Positions 37,341-52,184 of a stretch of 64,000 nucleotides of DNA are shown in pieces; within the stretch, counting starts at the first letter, position 1; each line of letters begins with the position of its first letter. Made by a program: the position numbers and the translations under genes. Below the pieces are notes generated by a model. That model was given only the letters and a program-made list of their open reading frames with translations. It was not told where the DNA came from and ran no database searches. The DNA comes from Lingula anatina (lineage: Eukaryota; Animalia; Brachiopoda): the NCBI GenBank assembly GCA_051362555.1, contig CM120641.1, positions 9,920,001 to 9,984,000 on the forward strand. The letters are read 5' to 3'.

Positions 37341-40300
37341 ATGGCGGTATCGCGTCCCTCTGGTAGCCAGGAAATAGAGCTAGATTTCACGAGTAGCAGC
37401 CACCTTACAACACCCGGTCGCAAGGACGAACGATGGACCCTGAGAGAAAAGCTTTGCTGTTTTTCTCTGGCGTTTTGTGTGTTTGTCATAGCTGTCTTGG
37501 TTGCTATAATCGTTCTTGGAACGCTTCGTGTAGTTGAACTTTTCCCGCCAACCCGACCGCGTTCTCAATCTACGGCACCGCCCATCGCACAGGTCCAATA
37601 CTGCATGACATCTGATTGTATCAAAACCGCTGATACGGTTTTGTCAAACATAAACACCTCAGCTGATCCATGTCAAGATTTCTTCCGTTTTGCTTGTGAT
37701 GGATGGATACAGAAAAACCCAATCCCTGCTGCACAGAGCAGGTAAGTGTTATTGTATGGCTAGTGCAGTGTGAAAGTTGACGAGGCCTTTCAAAGAGCCG
37801 GTCTGACTTGAAAGAAAAATCTTGTGATGGAGGAATTCACGTATTGCACGGTATTTGCGATATTGATACCCCCTTAAGGCAAATATATTGAGTGATTTTG
37901 GTAAAACTGATTTAAAGAAGATATGCCAGAAAAAAGTGAAAACTATAGTATGAAAATAATGTTTTTCTTCATCAGCTGGATCACTTTTGACGTATTGTAC
38001 AAGAATATCAACACACGTATACAAGGAGTCCTGGAGGAGCAGCCGCAGAGGGGAGGGCCTTCCTCTTTTGAGAGAAAAGTGAAAGACTTCTATCAAAGCT
38101 GTATGGACACAGGTTCCATAGATAAACGAGGCGGCACACCAATTTTGGATGCTATAAACAAAACAGGGGGTTGGAAGACCATCGGTAAACACATGATTTT
38201 ATTTTTGAATAAGTTGTCTGTCCCTAATATTTTCTAATTTGTCTACAGTGAACACCAAGGTAGGTGCTTTGTAAAAAGGGTGGTTTTTTAAAAAATTAAA
38301 TTGGAAAAAGAGTTACAGATAGGTGTAGCACAATTCCACAAAAAAAAAAAGGTTGAGGTAGTTTGTCTTACATAAAACCCATAATACGTGCACTGGGTGT
38401 TGATAGTTTCTAGCACATCATTCATTCGCAGCGGCAATGCTTTGATTTTATGAATGATGATGAACTTGTCATGGGTGATACAAAATAACACGATCTAATG
38501 ATATGCCAATTTTGGATTACATTAAAAAAAGCAATTTGTGATGCCAAACTGTTACAAACCAGTGAAAATTTGATGCCCAACAGCAAGGTGACATATTTCA
38601 GGTCAAAATATTTTAATAGATAACTATGTAAATTAAAGTTGGGATATTTACTCTAAGGAAGGGTTTGTACTTTTTGTTTGCGTTAGACCTTTTTTTTACA
38701 ATTTCAGGCACCTGGGACAGAAACAGCTGGAATTTTCAAATGAATGTATTTTATCTTATCTATGATTACCAGACCAAACCGTTCTTTATGTTGTATTATT
38801 CCGCTGATGACAAAGCGCCAGACATAAATATCATAAACGTGAGTCAGTGTATAAAATAGATTATTAAAGTGGCGGGGAAAATATATACTTTGATTTTCAG
38901 TTATATACGGTTAACATAAAAAAAATTCCGATTTCAATGTACGTTTAATTTACCTACGCCAAACTTCGTCTGCATGCCAAAATTATTTCTGTTGTCCCCT
39001 TTATTTTGTAGTGTTTTCTTTCACGTTTTACAGATATATCAAAGTGGATTAGGAATGCCGAACAGGAAATATTATTTTGAAAATGAAACCGAAAGCAAGT
39101 TTATAAAAGGCTATAAGAACTACATGAAAAAAGTTTCTGAACTGCTTGGCGCCAGCAACGAAAACGCCACACAATTTTCAAACGAAGTTTTTGCGTTTGA
39201 AAAGGAAATTGCGAAAGTAAGCAAATTGTTTATCCATTTGCTCACAAATGTAAGTGTTTTATTATTTATGCAATATGAAGTGTGACAAAATTTTCTGTTG
39301 AAAACACCACTCCCTTACATTGTTAGATTCATTGCCTTATTAAAAAGGTGTGCACACAACTATCTTAATAAAAAGCTAATCTACACATATCCATTTACCT
39401 CATGAGAAAGAAAAACGAGCAAGAGAAAGATTCGTTTTGTCGCTTCTCCGTAATTTCTTTTTAAGTGATAATATTTTTACATTATAGATTACCTTTCCCT
39501 CCGATGCACCAGAGGTTCGAGACCCATATCTGTTTTATAACAAAATGACAGTTCAAGATCTCCTGAATCTATCACCACGGGTGAGTGTTGGTCAGAAAAG
39601 GTAGTGGCATAATTAGAATATGTACTGTATATACACTCAAGTTATATTTGTTGGTAATGAGATTAGGTGAAAAGAAGGCTACATCGCTTTATCAGTTTGT
39701 TTTGTTTAGAGGCAATACGGGACGAATCTACAGTTTCAGTGGTCTGTACTTTCACTGAATTTTCATGAATTTTATCACGTAAAATCTAACTTGAAAATTG
39801 CAATCCAGATAAATGAAATCAAGGCCGTTTCTATTCATTGAGATCAGGGTTTCCTGAAAATTCCATAGATGTCTTTTTATTATTTTATACGAAAGTAACA
39901 AGATAGTAGTAATAGGACAGATAACTTGTGACGTCATTCCTGCTCTCCAACATCATGAATAAAGCTACTGTTTTCGAACAACCGAAAGCCTACAACTAGG
40001 TGGTTAGGTGTTCTTAATAATGGGATTTGATATATTGAAGGTAAACTGGCCTCTGATGCTGACCAGTATTGACGAAGATATCAGTACCAGCTCTACCGTC
40101 ATTGTCTTTAATATAGATTATGTGACTGGTGTGTCCGCGTTGATAGAGAGAACCGACCCAGGGTAAGAGGCTTGTTGGCATATCTATTATCTTTTATCTA
40201 TTATCTTTAAAATATTCAATGAGTAACTGTGTATATTTAAGGTCAGTATCTTTCGATAAAATTTGACAAGAACCTCTTCAATCTTATTATCTATAAATTT

Positions 40301-43300
40301 GATATTGAGTTTGAATGCTGTTTCAACGTACCCTCAACACCGTTTTTTGGTTATTTTTCAAAGACATTTACCAGCTGTCCTGTAATTTCTACTCATATAT
40401 ATTATTTGTGCCGCAGCATTCTAAATAACTACCTTGCCTGGACTCTGATTCGCACTTACGCATCGTACTTGTCCATTGAATTTCGAAGGGCAATTGAGGA
40501 ATATAGAAGAATTATTTCAGGTAACATATTACACTTGTTATAATTGGTGCAGTGTATGTTTTAAGGGCGATAAACAAAATCAAAGGGTATTAAATTTCAA
40601 AGGGCATTAATTTGCGTTGAATATCCTTAAAAAACATAAAAGGTGTGCGTATGTGTTTAGAGAGGGAAGATTTATGCTGAAATATTAATGAAAAAAATTA
40701 CACATAGATTTCATACTTGGACAAAGTAAAAAGTTTTTTTATTCTTTATATACCTTTAACCGAGAAAAGAATGGCTGTAATAGAAAGTATTATTTAAAAC
40801 TTATGGACTTCTCTGAAACGATGTTCGTCTGACAGTTTATTTTTTCGCTGTCACAAAGGAGCCTCACCGCTAGAACGCTGGGAGAAATGCGCCTCAAACA
40901 CGGGAGCTTGGATCGGCGATGCTGTTTCTGCGCTGTACGTCAGAAAACATTTTTCCAAAGAATCCAAAATGGAGGTAATGTGAAAGTTGACAATAGATTG
41001 TTTTTAAATCTTAATGTCGAACGGTTAAATATTGAAATACAGGATTCGAGAAGTCAATAATCTAACATTTGTCCAGAAGAAAAAAAATCATTGATATGTA
41101 ATATTACGCAAATACGTAGGCCATTTCATCGCAGATACAGCTGATAACTGTAACGATCAGCACAATTCTTAAGTCGGGTCGCTGTTTCCTGTCAAATATT
41201 TACTTCAGTAACCTGAGGCATTCAAAAGATCTAAATCAAAACTAAATGATCAAAGGAGGATTTTATAATAAATGAAACATTTCAAAACTGACTGGTAAAC
41301 TTTTTTATGTATTTTAAGTTTTATGTTTTTTATCAGTATGTTGGTAATTCTACTATGATTATTCATATTCATTAATAATAATAATTATGTGCAATATATA
41401 AAAATGACGACTGCAAATAGTCCTTTCGCTTTAAGATTCAGAGTATGGTCAAGGATCTACTTGCAACATTTATAGAGCGAATTGACAACTTGAGTTACAT
41501 GGACGAATTTACAAAGCAACATGCAATAGCAAAGGTAGGTAGTGTAAACCTATATTATGGCTGCTTAGACCTACATATACATGTATACTCCAACATATCC
41601 AAATTTTTTTTTCAAGTATCAAGTACAGAGGAGGCAAGTTTGGAACATTTGACTAATAAGAATGTTTTTTTTTCTTGTATAAAAGAGACTACATTGTTAG
41701 AATTCCTATGGTGTAGTGCCAACGTTTTTACGCTTTCTTAGATTTTGATGTAAATTTTTAACATGGATTATCGTAATTTTTCTTTAGGCTAGAAATCTGA
41801 AATACGAGAAAATTGGCTACCCGGACTATATGATGAATGATACACACATGGACCACAGATATCAACATGTTCGTTGGATCAACTGTTACGAATAATTCAT
41901 CTGACTCGCTTTTCCTACCTCGATGACCCTTGATTTTTATTAAGTTATCCAAATTGTTCATATTCTACCTTTGTAATATTTAAAGTTGTTTTACATTTTT
42001 GGTAACTGTGAAATGGTGACAGGTCATTAATTTTTTTCACTTTAAGTCATTTTTTCTTTTCGTTTGATTTCTTTCCTTTTTAATATCAAACATTCTTTTG
42101 ATTTTCAGTTAGAAATGAATTGCTCTGATTGCTACTTTGAAAACGTCCTGCAGGTGGTACGTCGTGATCGTATTTGGAGGCAAGAAGAATTCAAGAAACC
42201 CGTAGATAAAACCAAGTATATACACACGTTACAGATTTATAGGCCTGCCATGCTAATTATTGTTGATTCATTACTTCTCTTTTATAACCCTACTATTTAT
42301 TTTTGATTCAGAAAATTAAAGTATTAATATTTGGATCCGTCATGTGAAATCGGTTAACTATTCATCACAATATAACGTGTGTCTAGTGTGTGTTTTCTTG
42401 AAATAAGGAACTGCAGGTTGATTCAGTGAACTTTTTGATATGCATTTTACACAAATGTGTATTTTGAAATCGTTAATTAAAAAATCAACTGGAAAAAGTT
42501 AACTGTAACGTTCGCATTGCGGTTGATTTTACTGGTCTTCTTTATAATTGCAGATGGGGAATGAACCCACACCAAGTGAATGCTTACTACAGCCATAGCC
42601 GAAATGAGATAGGTAGGCTATGATTGGGTGGAAACAGTGCAATTGCATTCATTTATAAACATGTCTGCGTCCCCTTTCAAAGTTTCCCTGTCTCAATTTG
42701 TGCAATTTTACATATTCATATCCAATTCTTTATATTTCATAACATTTGTAAATGCTGAATCCGTTGGCAGATCCTATCGTAAAATATATTCGACATTTGT
42801 CTTCTTCAGCTCAGTTGTTCCTCTTGCAAGATAGACAGGGTCGATATTTTCGTAATTTCTTTCAACTACATTTATATAAGTTCTTTTTTTTTGGATTTTA
42901 AAATGCAATTTTCCTTACCTTTAAGTCTTAGGTTACACTTTTAATTCCTTTCAGTTTTCTTGGCAGGACTTCTACAGCCTCCATTCTACGCTCCGCATTA
43001 TACAAGGTAATAGTGGATAATCCTAATTCTTTTTAAATCTTAATTTTACTTTACCTGCTCTTTCCATGCGCTCAGTTTCATATTCAGTTTTGTTTTGGTT
43101 TTGAAATCTTCAAATTTATGCAAAACGTTTCATCATGTTGTTTTCCAGATCCATGAAGTTTGGAAGCATTGGAATGATAATTGGACACGAAATAACACAT
43201 GGATTTGATGTCACAGGTAGATCTTTCAATGATACAGAACACTTTCATACATGGTGGATTTAAGATAATTAATGAGCGGAAAATAAAATACTGGACACTA

Positions 43301-44898
43301 ACGCACAGCTGTTATGAGCTATGAGCATCTTGTCTGTCTCTTATAGACTTCTTTACCATGCTTTTTATAACTTCTAAAACTACAACTGGATGAATCCAAA
43401 CATTCACCCTCATGGTGTATATGCTTGATAACAAATACAAATGCCGGTACTGAAACTAAGTAAAATAAGACCGTGCAAGAAAACAACATATCACACCAAT
43501 CTCTAGTAAAACTTCACGTTGAAATATTTTCTCTAACGCAGGTTCTAAGTACGACAAAGATGGCATACTGGCAAATTGGTGGAGCAATCGCTCACGGGAA
43601 GCATTTGACAAATCGACAAGATGCATTTCTAAGTATTTTTCAAGCTATGAAGTCTCCGGGTTCAATGTGAGACATACTTTACAGACTGCACATGCATGAT
43701 AAGTCAAAATGACCAATATCATTGGCTTAATTGGCAATTTTTTTCAAAAGGTGAAATAGGTTAAATAGCTTATGCTAAAAAAAAAAACTTTTATAATAAT
43801 AATAATAATAATTTATCATATTTATACACATTGTCGACACTGCAACTTGTAGTGGATTAACATTTCATGAGTAAACTTAACTACATGGAACTAAGTCACC
43901 CCAAAATCTGGTAACTCAAAAGCATTTATTTGCACGATATAGGTGAATGGCAACTTGACCTTATCGGAAGATACATCGGACATCGGTGGACTGCGCATGG
44001 CGTTTTCGGTACGTTGTACCACTTTGGTGTAGTTGAGTGAGGAACAGTTTTAATTTACTTTTATAAGCTTTGGATACTTCTTAAGTACAGATACAAGGAA
44101 CACCAAGATATCTTTATAATTGTTACCATTTCAACGTTATATAATTGCTTTGTCGTTTTAATAAGGCTTACAAGAAGTGGGTAGCAAGGAATGGTGTAGA
44201 GAAACGGCTTCCAGGAATAAACAGAAGTCCAGAGGAACTGTTATTCATTGCAAATGCAGCGGTAAGATACACTTAATACAATGTACAAAGAACTTTGAAA
44301 ACAAAATTTCATAGCAAATTTTATTTTATTATTATGGTTTCTAATTGAATACCATACTGTACAGTATATGGCCATACTAGCCCGTTTTATCAATGTAAAT
44401 ACCTATTACAGCGCATGATCCTGAATCGTACCTGAATCTAAATATCGCACTATACGACCTGGAATCATTTCAGATTTGGTGTGGCCACTCCAGACCAGAG
44501 ATGATAAAGCAAAGGATTCTCACAGACACCCATTCCCCTGTGTCCGTTAGGTATGACCTATTGTAACAGAAACCTAAAACGATCTTAATGGGTGAAGGGA
44601 GACGGAAAATCATATTTAAAAAACGTCTCAAGTAAAACTTTTGATGATCATAAAAAATCTTCTCAAGTTTGTGTCGTAGTTATATATGCTTTTTCGTAAA
44701 AGAATGATTCTCAGTTGTTTTTGCTTTAAAGCTAAAACTGTCTAGAAAATAAGCTACGGTGGACACGACAGTGGGTTGATATTGCTTTTTATTTTCAGAG
44801 TCAATGGTCCCGATTCTCAGTCACCTGAATTTGCAGCGACTTTTAAGTGCGTTCCTGGTTCACCCATGAATCCTGTCTCAAAGTGTGATGTTTTTTAA
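37341..44898 (+). CDS. M13 family zinc metallopeptidase (neprilysin/endothelin-converting enzyme-like), type II membrane protein, 19 exons, ~762 aa
   Basis: Exons 37341-37741, 37976-38184, 38708-38838, 39034-39216, 39488-39580, 40041-40162, 40417-40520, 40859-40974, 41436-41534, 41788-41868, 42109-42215, 42554-42612, 42955-43006, 43149-43216, 43542-43666, 43943-44008, 44166-44261, 44474-44550 and 44799-44898 (2289 nt, in frame). Motifs: TM helix, [66 protein letters not shown]. Confidence 0.92.
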
Positions 44899-47800
44899 GT
44901 GAACAAATTTATCACATAGGCAAATTTTGTGAACAATTGAATTCGGACCGTAACTGCAAGTTTTTTTTTCTCAAGTTTCTCATTAATAATCTCAGTGACA
45001 TATAACTAGGTAAGCCTACATTCTACTGTAATAGATGCCCTTATAGATGAAATATTCAAATGGTGTATTGATAATAATGTTTGTAGATACGGTAACGTCT
45101 TTCTCCTCGAGAGATCCGTTTTACCAGAAGGCATGAATTTAATTAAGAGAATATGCCTTTGTCAATTGGGATTTTTAAAAAATGTTCCCAAGACTTTAAA
45201 TTAAACATTTTTATACCTGTATATTTAGAATAGGTGTTGTGACGGAGAGCCTGAAACGAATCAGATGTTGTAGAGAGAATTTGAAAGATTCACAATAAAT
45301 AACTCGACGAACTAATGATTCTTTTAATGATAAATTAAAAATATTCCGTTGAAGCCCAATCTCCTGTTTTAGTGATTTTTGTGATTTTTTCAGCGTACAG
45401 TCTTGAAATCTTGAGGTTTATTTGAATTGCGCATGGGTGTTTTAAAACGGAGAAACTCCTAATAATATCGCGTTCACAAAGTTTTAAGTGAACACTTGGC
45501 TATAAAAAATGAACTTAAATCTTTGCGATATGAATAATGACTAATTATAAGGGTAGACGGTGAAAACAAAAGTCATTCAATTACTAGAGTCTAAGTATTC
45601 AAAAAATTCGAGCTGGCATCATTTAGCGGTCTTCTGAAACACTGTTCAGAGTTAAAACGACAGTCTCAAAATTCAATGCTAACACGTTGTGTCCGTGTAC
45701 CACTAGCACACTGGTTGATGTACGCGTTGCAGTCCACAATAGAGAGGATTGGTTCAACACAGTACGTAACAATTTTAATATACTCAGTACAAGAAAAAAA
45801 AAGATACTTTTGCACCCACCCTCTATGTTATCTCTGATATGTGCTTTAGCTTTTAAAAGCCGTCGGCGTCGTGAGCTCTTGGGAGGCTAAGGTTGCTTTG
45901 CGATGTGACATAAGTTTCCCAAAAACGTTTCTTGAAATAAAAGTGTAAGTAATATTGTGACTTTTAACCTAAAAACAATATTAAAAAAATGGCGTCAGCT
46001 GCCGCTGGAAAGAGACAGAGAGAGCTTTATATTTAGAAGAAAGATGAAAAAGGTCGAATATAAACGCAAAAAAAAAACGCCAAAGGCAACCTTTGCAGGC
46101 ATTTCCAAGAAATTGTGGTGGTGAACGAGCTGTTGATTTGTAGTGCACATCTAGTCTCGAATTAATGCATTAGAGACATAAATATTTGGAGGCTTTGTAT
46201 TCTCACCTAACGCACCTCCTAAACAAATAATAGAATTCACAGTAATTAGCGACGAAATATCATCTGTGCGTTTCACTGCGTCTTCTTTGATTATGTCCGT
46301 TATTAAAGAACGCCCGCATTAATCACAAAACCACACGATTGTGAATGAAGACACAGATTTCGCTACCTCTTAATCTCAATACATACACAGTGAATCTAGA
46401 TGTTTTAATTAATACATGACCGGTTCTCATTTCGAATGCCTGCCAGCATTTGCGCCGTTCAGTTAATCTCTATGACCATACAGAAATACATATAACCCCT
46501 ATGCCTATATGCTCAGTGCGCGTGAATTAAACATGCACAGATGTGAACGAAGGAAATTGGTGGCAGAAAAGTCAGCGTTGTCTAGCTGCAGCCGTGAGAA
46601 CGGACACGCTGATTACTAAATAAAGGAAATTCATTTCCTATGTACGAGCTGTATGTGATGTTCAAGCGCATTAAACATAAATGCTTCTGAACGGTATATT
46701 AGAATTATATTCGCACATGGAGAAAATGATCAGAATGTCTATGTTTCAGCAAGCAAATGGTCAAATTTGAATTTCATACATGAAAATTAGTTTTATCCCT
46801 AGAACAGTAATAAATGTGCCAGTATAAACTATAGCTGTAGCTGCTGATTTACCTGTGTATATGTATACTTGTAATAGATGTACGTATGGTTTAGTGGGAG
46901 GGGCATATCAATAAGTGACTACGGAAAAAAGGGGGAAATGGGGCTGAGACTCGACGAGATTTGTCGAGAATGCACCTCATGAAAGTAAACAATGTAAATA
47001 ATATAGCATTTTCTCCTACGCGACATTTCATGCATTTGTCAAGATGCTGCATCAGATTATAGGGTCTTTTGTTTAGAAGGACATAAAAATCCAATGCGGA
47101 GACAAGCACGGAAGAGCAGGTTGAGTGGGGGTGCCATCGCCTACTAGACCTCATTGAAACTAAGCACTACTCAACATAACAGCTTCGTAATGTAATCTAC
47201 AGATGCAGATATAACCTTTATTTACTGTCATTGATATGATAGCAGGGACAGTGAGCATGTGACCGAGTGAACAGCAGTTCTCCTGTGGCATGCGACACAG
47301 TATGATACAGAGAGGACACCAAGTGTGAGCTGCGCCTGGCCCAGCACACGGCGACACCTGCGTCTACCCCCCAGTTCATCTTCACTCCGCCTAACCCAAG
47401 ACGCATAGGTAAGAATTCGTTGAGAATTGGCTTCTAGTAGGGTTGAATTTCTTAAATTGCTCTGATAGACCCTCCCCATTGCTTTGAACATGACCAAATT
47501 TTAGTTTATGAATAATGTAATGGTCTCAAAATCTGATAATTCAAGATGCTATTAGGTGGCAACGATCCGATATATTCTAATACATGCTATATATGTAAAT
47601 GTGACAAAAAAAAAAAAAAAAAAAAAAAAAAAGCAAAATATATGATAATTATAGTAAAGAAATCTAAATAAAAAAAAGAAAGAGAAACTCAGTAGTATCC
47701 ATGACCTAGTGTTCATTTGTGCAACCAGATCTAGTATTGACACTGCTTCAACATGTGATGGCTGAGTTAAAACAACGTCCCAAAGCGGAGTGTGGGCACA

Positions 47801-50105
47801 GTTGATAAGACTCGAGTGCCAGTATACTTTACTGTGGTCGACTCGAAAAAACAAATCGAAAAGGATGCCAGTTCCGTTAACTTTAGTTTATATTTTAAAG
47901 CAATAAATCAAAACACACATCCTGTCTTGGGATTCACGCTTTTGCATGATTTAACTAATAGTCCTGTGAAGCGGGTTCTCTGTTAGAAAGACCTATCCCT
48001 CAATTTCGACTGGAGACAAACATGCTTTCAAATATAATAGGGCTTAATTGATAGCAAGTAATGAAATATGGCGTTGGTTCGCGACACACACTTCTTCTCC
48101 GTCCTGTTTTATGGGGGTATCCCTTCAAAACTCTTACATGTATCCTATAGAAGATACCACTTTGCTTTACGTGTTTGAAACGTATAAAGTATGCTAAGTG
48201 TAGCTATTATTAGCTTTAATACCTTACCATCGGCATATTTCTGTCACCGAGAAATGTGTATGTCATATAAATATGTGTACGACACAGAATAACATGTATT
48301 TGCATGTAAAAAAAATATGTTGTTTATCCCGCCGTGGGAATGCTTTTTATTTCTTATCTCGGTTTTTGGTAACGTTGAACTAGACACTCCCCAGAGCCAC
48401 ACCCCCAAGATACGCATTCGCGCCACGCCTCTTGTAACAAACAATGTGCATCTCAGTTTAGACTCAGACTATCTGATCAAGAAAAATACGAGAAAACGTC
48501 AGTGGTTCTCCATTATTTGGATTTTTCAATCCACTTATCTCTTAAATGAGTCTGGCTAGTCAAAATGATGTGGTATTATTTCAGTTGAATAGCCAGTACA
48601 GAATTGGTAGTGCACTCTCTCTCTCTCTTTCTCTCTCTCTCATCCAATTACTCTTTTCAGCCACTACAGATATAGATCATACATAACGATGAAGAAAATC
48701 TAGATTGACTTGTAGATAGAATCCTCTAATTCAGCCACCCACTTCCTGCAGCAATTGTATAATATCCAGTGTAAATGATAGATGTTATAAATGACGTGAA
48801 TATTATCAGCCTATTGTTCTACGGGATATCAATTTTAGGTATTTAATTTCATATGGAGAACAGTACAAGTGAGATAGTAGCCATACATATAAAAAATTAA
48901 AAGGGTTAAAATGCTAATTTACTATTGATATGATGAGCGGACTTTACAATGAAGAACGGGTGTCGCAATAGGTGACAGTTTACTAACCAATCCCCACCTT
49001 GACCTTATTTTGGATATCAGTTTGGTGACCTTTGGTGACCTTAAAACTTGGCTTGACTGGCTGTATCACGGGAAATGTTAAAAACAAATTTTAGTATTTT
49101 GGTAGTATTTTTGAAGCTCTGTTAGAAGTCTAGTTGCTACAGCCACTTGGGTGGTCCCGTGTTTCTTTTTCGTTCTGTTTGTGTACTTTAAATTTTAGCC
49201 TATTTTTTAGCTTAGTACATGCTTCATTTAAAATGAACAAAGTAAGTTTGCGTTATTATATCAATATCAATGTAAAAGATATCATTATAAATATAAAGTC
49301 CATGGAATAATATTTTGAGGTGTAATTATTTAAGTAATAAAGTAGCATCTTTTAAAATAGTTATCCAAATTTATCTTTATTTTTTTATTCAAACAGACAA
49401 TTGAGTACGCCTCGATTAGTATCCCCTGAGCGCAGCGCGGACTTGCAGCGTGACCTATCGATCGCGCCAGCACGCAGATGCGATCTTGTAAATGGAAAAC
49501 TCTAAATCAATGGATGCTCCTAGAAAAATTAGCTTTCAGAAGGAACAAAAATCAATACTCTAGCTTAGTATGTTCTTTTGCTCTTCGGCTAAGGCATATT
49601 TTCTTTTTGCCTTAAACATGCAATCGGCTTGTAGAAAAACGGATGTGCACCACTCTCATGACTACTTTACTTCATTCCGTTGACCCATTGTCCTTATCTA
49701 GATATCATATTACGATATCGAATATCAAGCAAATGCTTTCGATTCATTAACTTTATATGTGTGTTTGATAATAAGCCGGGGTCAGGTTCTGTACAAGATT
49801 ATATGACAGTACCCTAGATTATCACTGCATCGCTATTGGTCAGGTGAATAAATAAACGGGATTGCGTAAAGGTACTGCATTTGAGGGGTCAGTTTTTTTA
49901 GGCCTTAGATACAACATAATACTATAGAAAATTGACCATCTTAAAAAAGTTTATAGGGCGAACATAGACAGGCATAAAAACTTAATAAATCTTGTGACCT
50001 CATGTACATTTCAGTATCAAGGGAATTCGATGTAGTTGCCATCAAATCATGTAGAGCACCGGTTGTGGTATAAAATTAGATGTTTGCTATGCACTAGTTT
50101 TGAGA

Positions 50106-50107
<2 letters not shown>

Positions 50108-50137
<30 letters not shown>
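50108..50137. repeat. (AG)n microsatellite
   Basis: Read directly. Confidence 0.9.
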
Positions 50138-50139
<2 letters not shown>

Positions 50140-51278
50140 CTAATATTTGGGCAAGTTATCATTTTCTTTTAGTCTCGACATTTTCATTATTTAATTTAAA
50201 AGAAAACACTAGTTCTACTTCTAACCTATTTTAACTCAATTGAATATTGTAAATTCAACAAATACTATTTTATCAAGGAGAAAGAAAGTATGATATCATA
50301 GTGTCAATCTTCGTTTTCCTCAAAGGGAAAAGAAAAAGGCTGATTCATGCTCACACTGGCGTGGTTTGAGTCGGAACTAGCGGCACGGATCTTTGAACAG
50401 GACGTGATCAATTACCATGGGACAGTCCGAGTCCTTGGACGGACGCTAGTTTTGGTCAGCAATTAAGGTGAGCTCAGAGTCATGACGTCTGTCCTTGGTT
50501 TGATCCATGCACGATATTAAACTATAAAACAATGGCATGGACTTCTGTCTCTTGTCAGGCCAGTGCATGTATTACAGCGGTCGTATATATAAGACACTAG
50601 CTTTTACTGTAAGCTGATTTGAAGAACAGGCAAATCACTGGTTTGAGTAATACATTCAGCATAATTATGTTTTATTTAATCTTCTTACCTGAAATAATCA
50701 ATACCGAGACTTTTTGTTATATAACCTAAATGAATTGATCAATAAGGTTAAATAAATCTTTTAGTTATGTGAAATACTAGTACCAGTAGTTAAATGTATT
50801 ATTACGTGTGAACTTCACTCATTTCTTTACCGCTTATCAAGGGAAGACGAAGTCCTCTTATATGAAAACACGCCCCGAAGAGGGCATCTCTTTGACGCGA
50901 TATGTCCTCAATGTCCCCACTGACTTAAGCCGTATCGGTGATCCGTTTGATAATAAATTACTTTTTGAGAGATGTGAGTCTTAAAAATATCTAAGGACGT
51001 GACCTGCCCTTTAAACTGAAGACGAACTTCCCATTATACTTCTCTTGATCGGGTCAGTGCAAACTTTTTAAATCTAAACGCGGTGAACCAACCAGGTAAG
51101 GTAAACCGAGGAATTTAATACACTTCTTTGGACAAACCGTTTTTAAACGTATTTATATGTAGTATTGTCCAAGGTGTAGGATCATAACTCATCAAACTCT
51201 ATCGCTGAGAGGATTCAATTGCCCTAGCCCGTCATTTAACCAACCCTAGTGTATTCCATAGTTTAGAGCATTTTTACT

Positions 51279-51386
51279 TTTAAATGTTTATTGATACTGT
51301 TGGGGTAACTTGTGTTTAAATGTTTATTGATGCTGTTAGGGTAACTTGTGTTTAAATGTTAATTGATACTGTTAGGGTAACTTGTG
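51279..51386. repeat. Minisatellite, 3 x 36 bp
   Basis: TTTAAATGTTTATTGATACTGTTGGGGTAACTTGTG at 51279, 51315 and 51351, directly adjacent with 1-2 mismatches and no spacers. Confidence 0.9.
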
Positions 51387-52081
51387 AATCTAAACCAACA
51401 CAGGAACATCACCTTGTGCGTCAACAACATTTAGAAGTTACAGTGGAGGCCTCAAGCATATATGCGGAAATATCATAAATAGTTGAAAGAAAAAGCGGTA
51501 ATCGGAGCCTATACATGACGCTGCACGTGGTTCCATTATCAGTATATGTTTTTTTAATCAATTGAAGTATAAAAACTAGCAGAAAAGAAATCGATGGTTT
51601 CTTATTCGTTTTACAGGTGTCTTTGGCGTAATTTTTAAAAACTTTTTTTCTGTGCAGATAAGTAAAATGTCTTGTTATTTATTATCCGCATTATTAATAG
51701 TTTGCTCTGATGCTAAGCATTTAATATTCTCACGATTTCTACTTCCCCTTTTTCTCACTTTTACATAAAACACAAAGATTCCAAAGAACAGAAAAAAAGA
51801 GGAACTAAATCTTAACAATGCCATCGCACAAACGCCGGATGTTCTGAGACAACTGATAAACCGTTTTCCGCGTGTAGTGTAACTGAACTACGTGTACTTT
51901 ACTGTGACACTGCGGTACCTTTCTTTCTTTTTTTTTTTTTTTTATAGAACGAACCCATGCTCGCATTTTAATAGTGGGTGATTTAATCATTGTTCCTTAA
52001 TCTCAGTTTACTTCTCTTTAAGTGTGTATGTCCGAGGCTTTTGTTATTCAATGCTAAGCAATATGAATATGTACACTGTAG

Positions 52082-52089
52082 TCTCTCTG

Positions 52090-52139
<50 letters not shown>

Positions 52140-52151
52140 GAGCACGCGTAG

Positions 52152-52182
<31 letters not shown>
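52082..52182. repeat. Compound (CT)n/(CA)n microsatellite
   Basis: Read directly. Confidence 0.9.

Positions 52183-52184
<2 letters not shown>

Noticed and set aside
51279-51386. 36-bp direct repeats of CRISPR-like length
   Set aside because: Copies are contiguous with no spacers, there are no cas genes, and the context is eukaryotic; this is a minisatellite.
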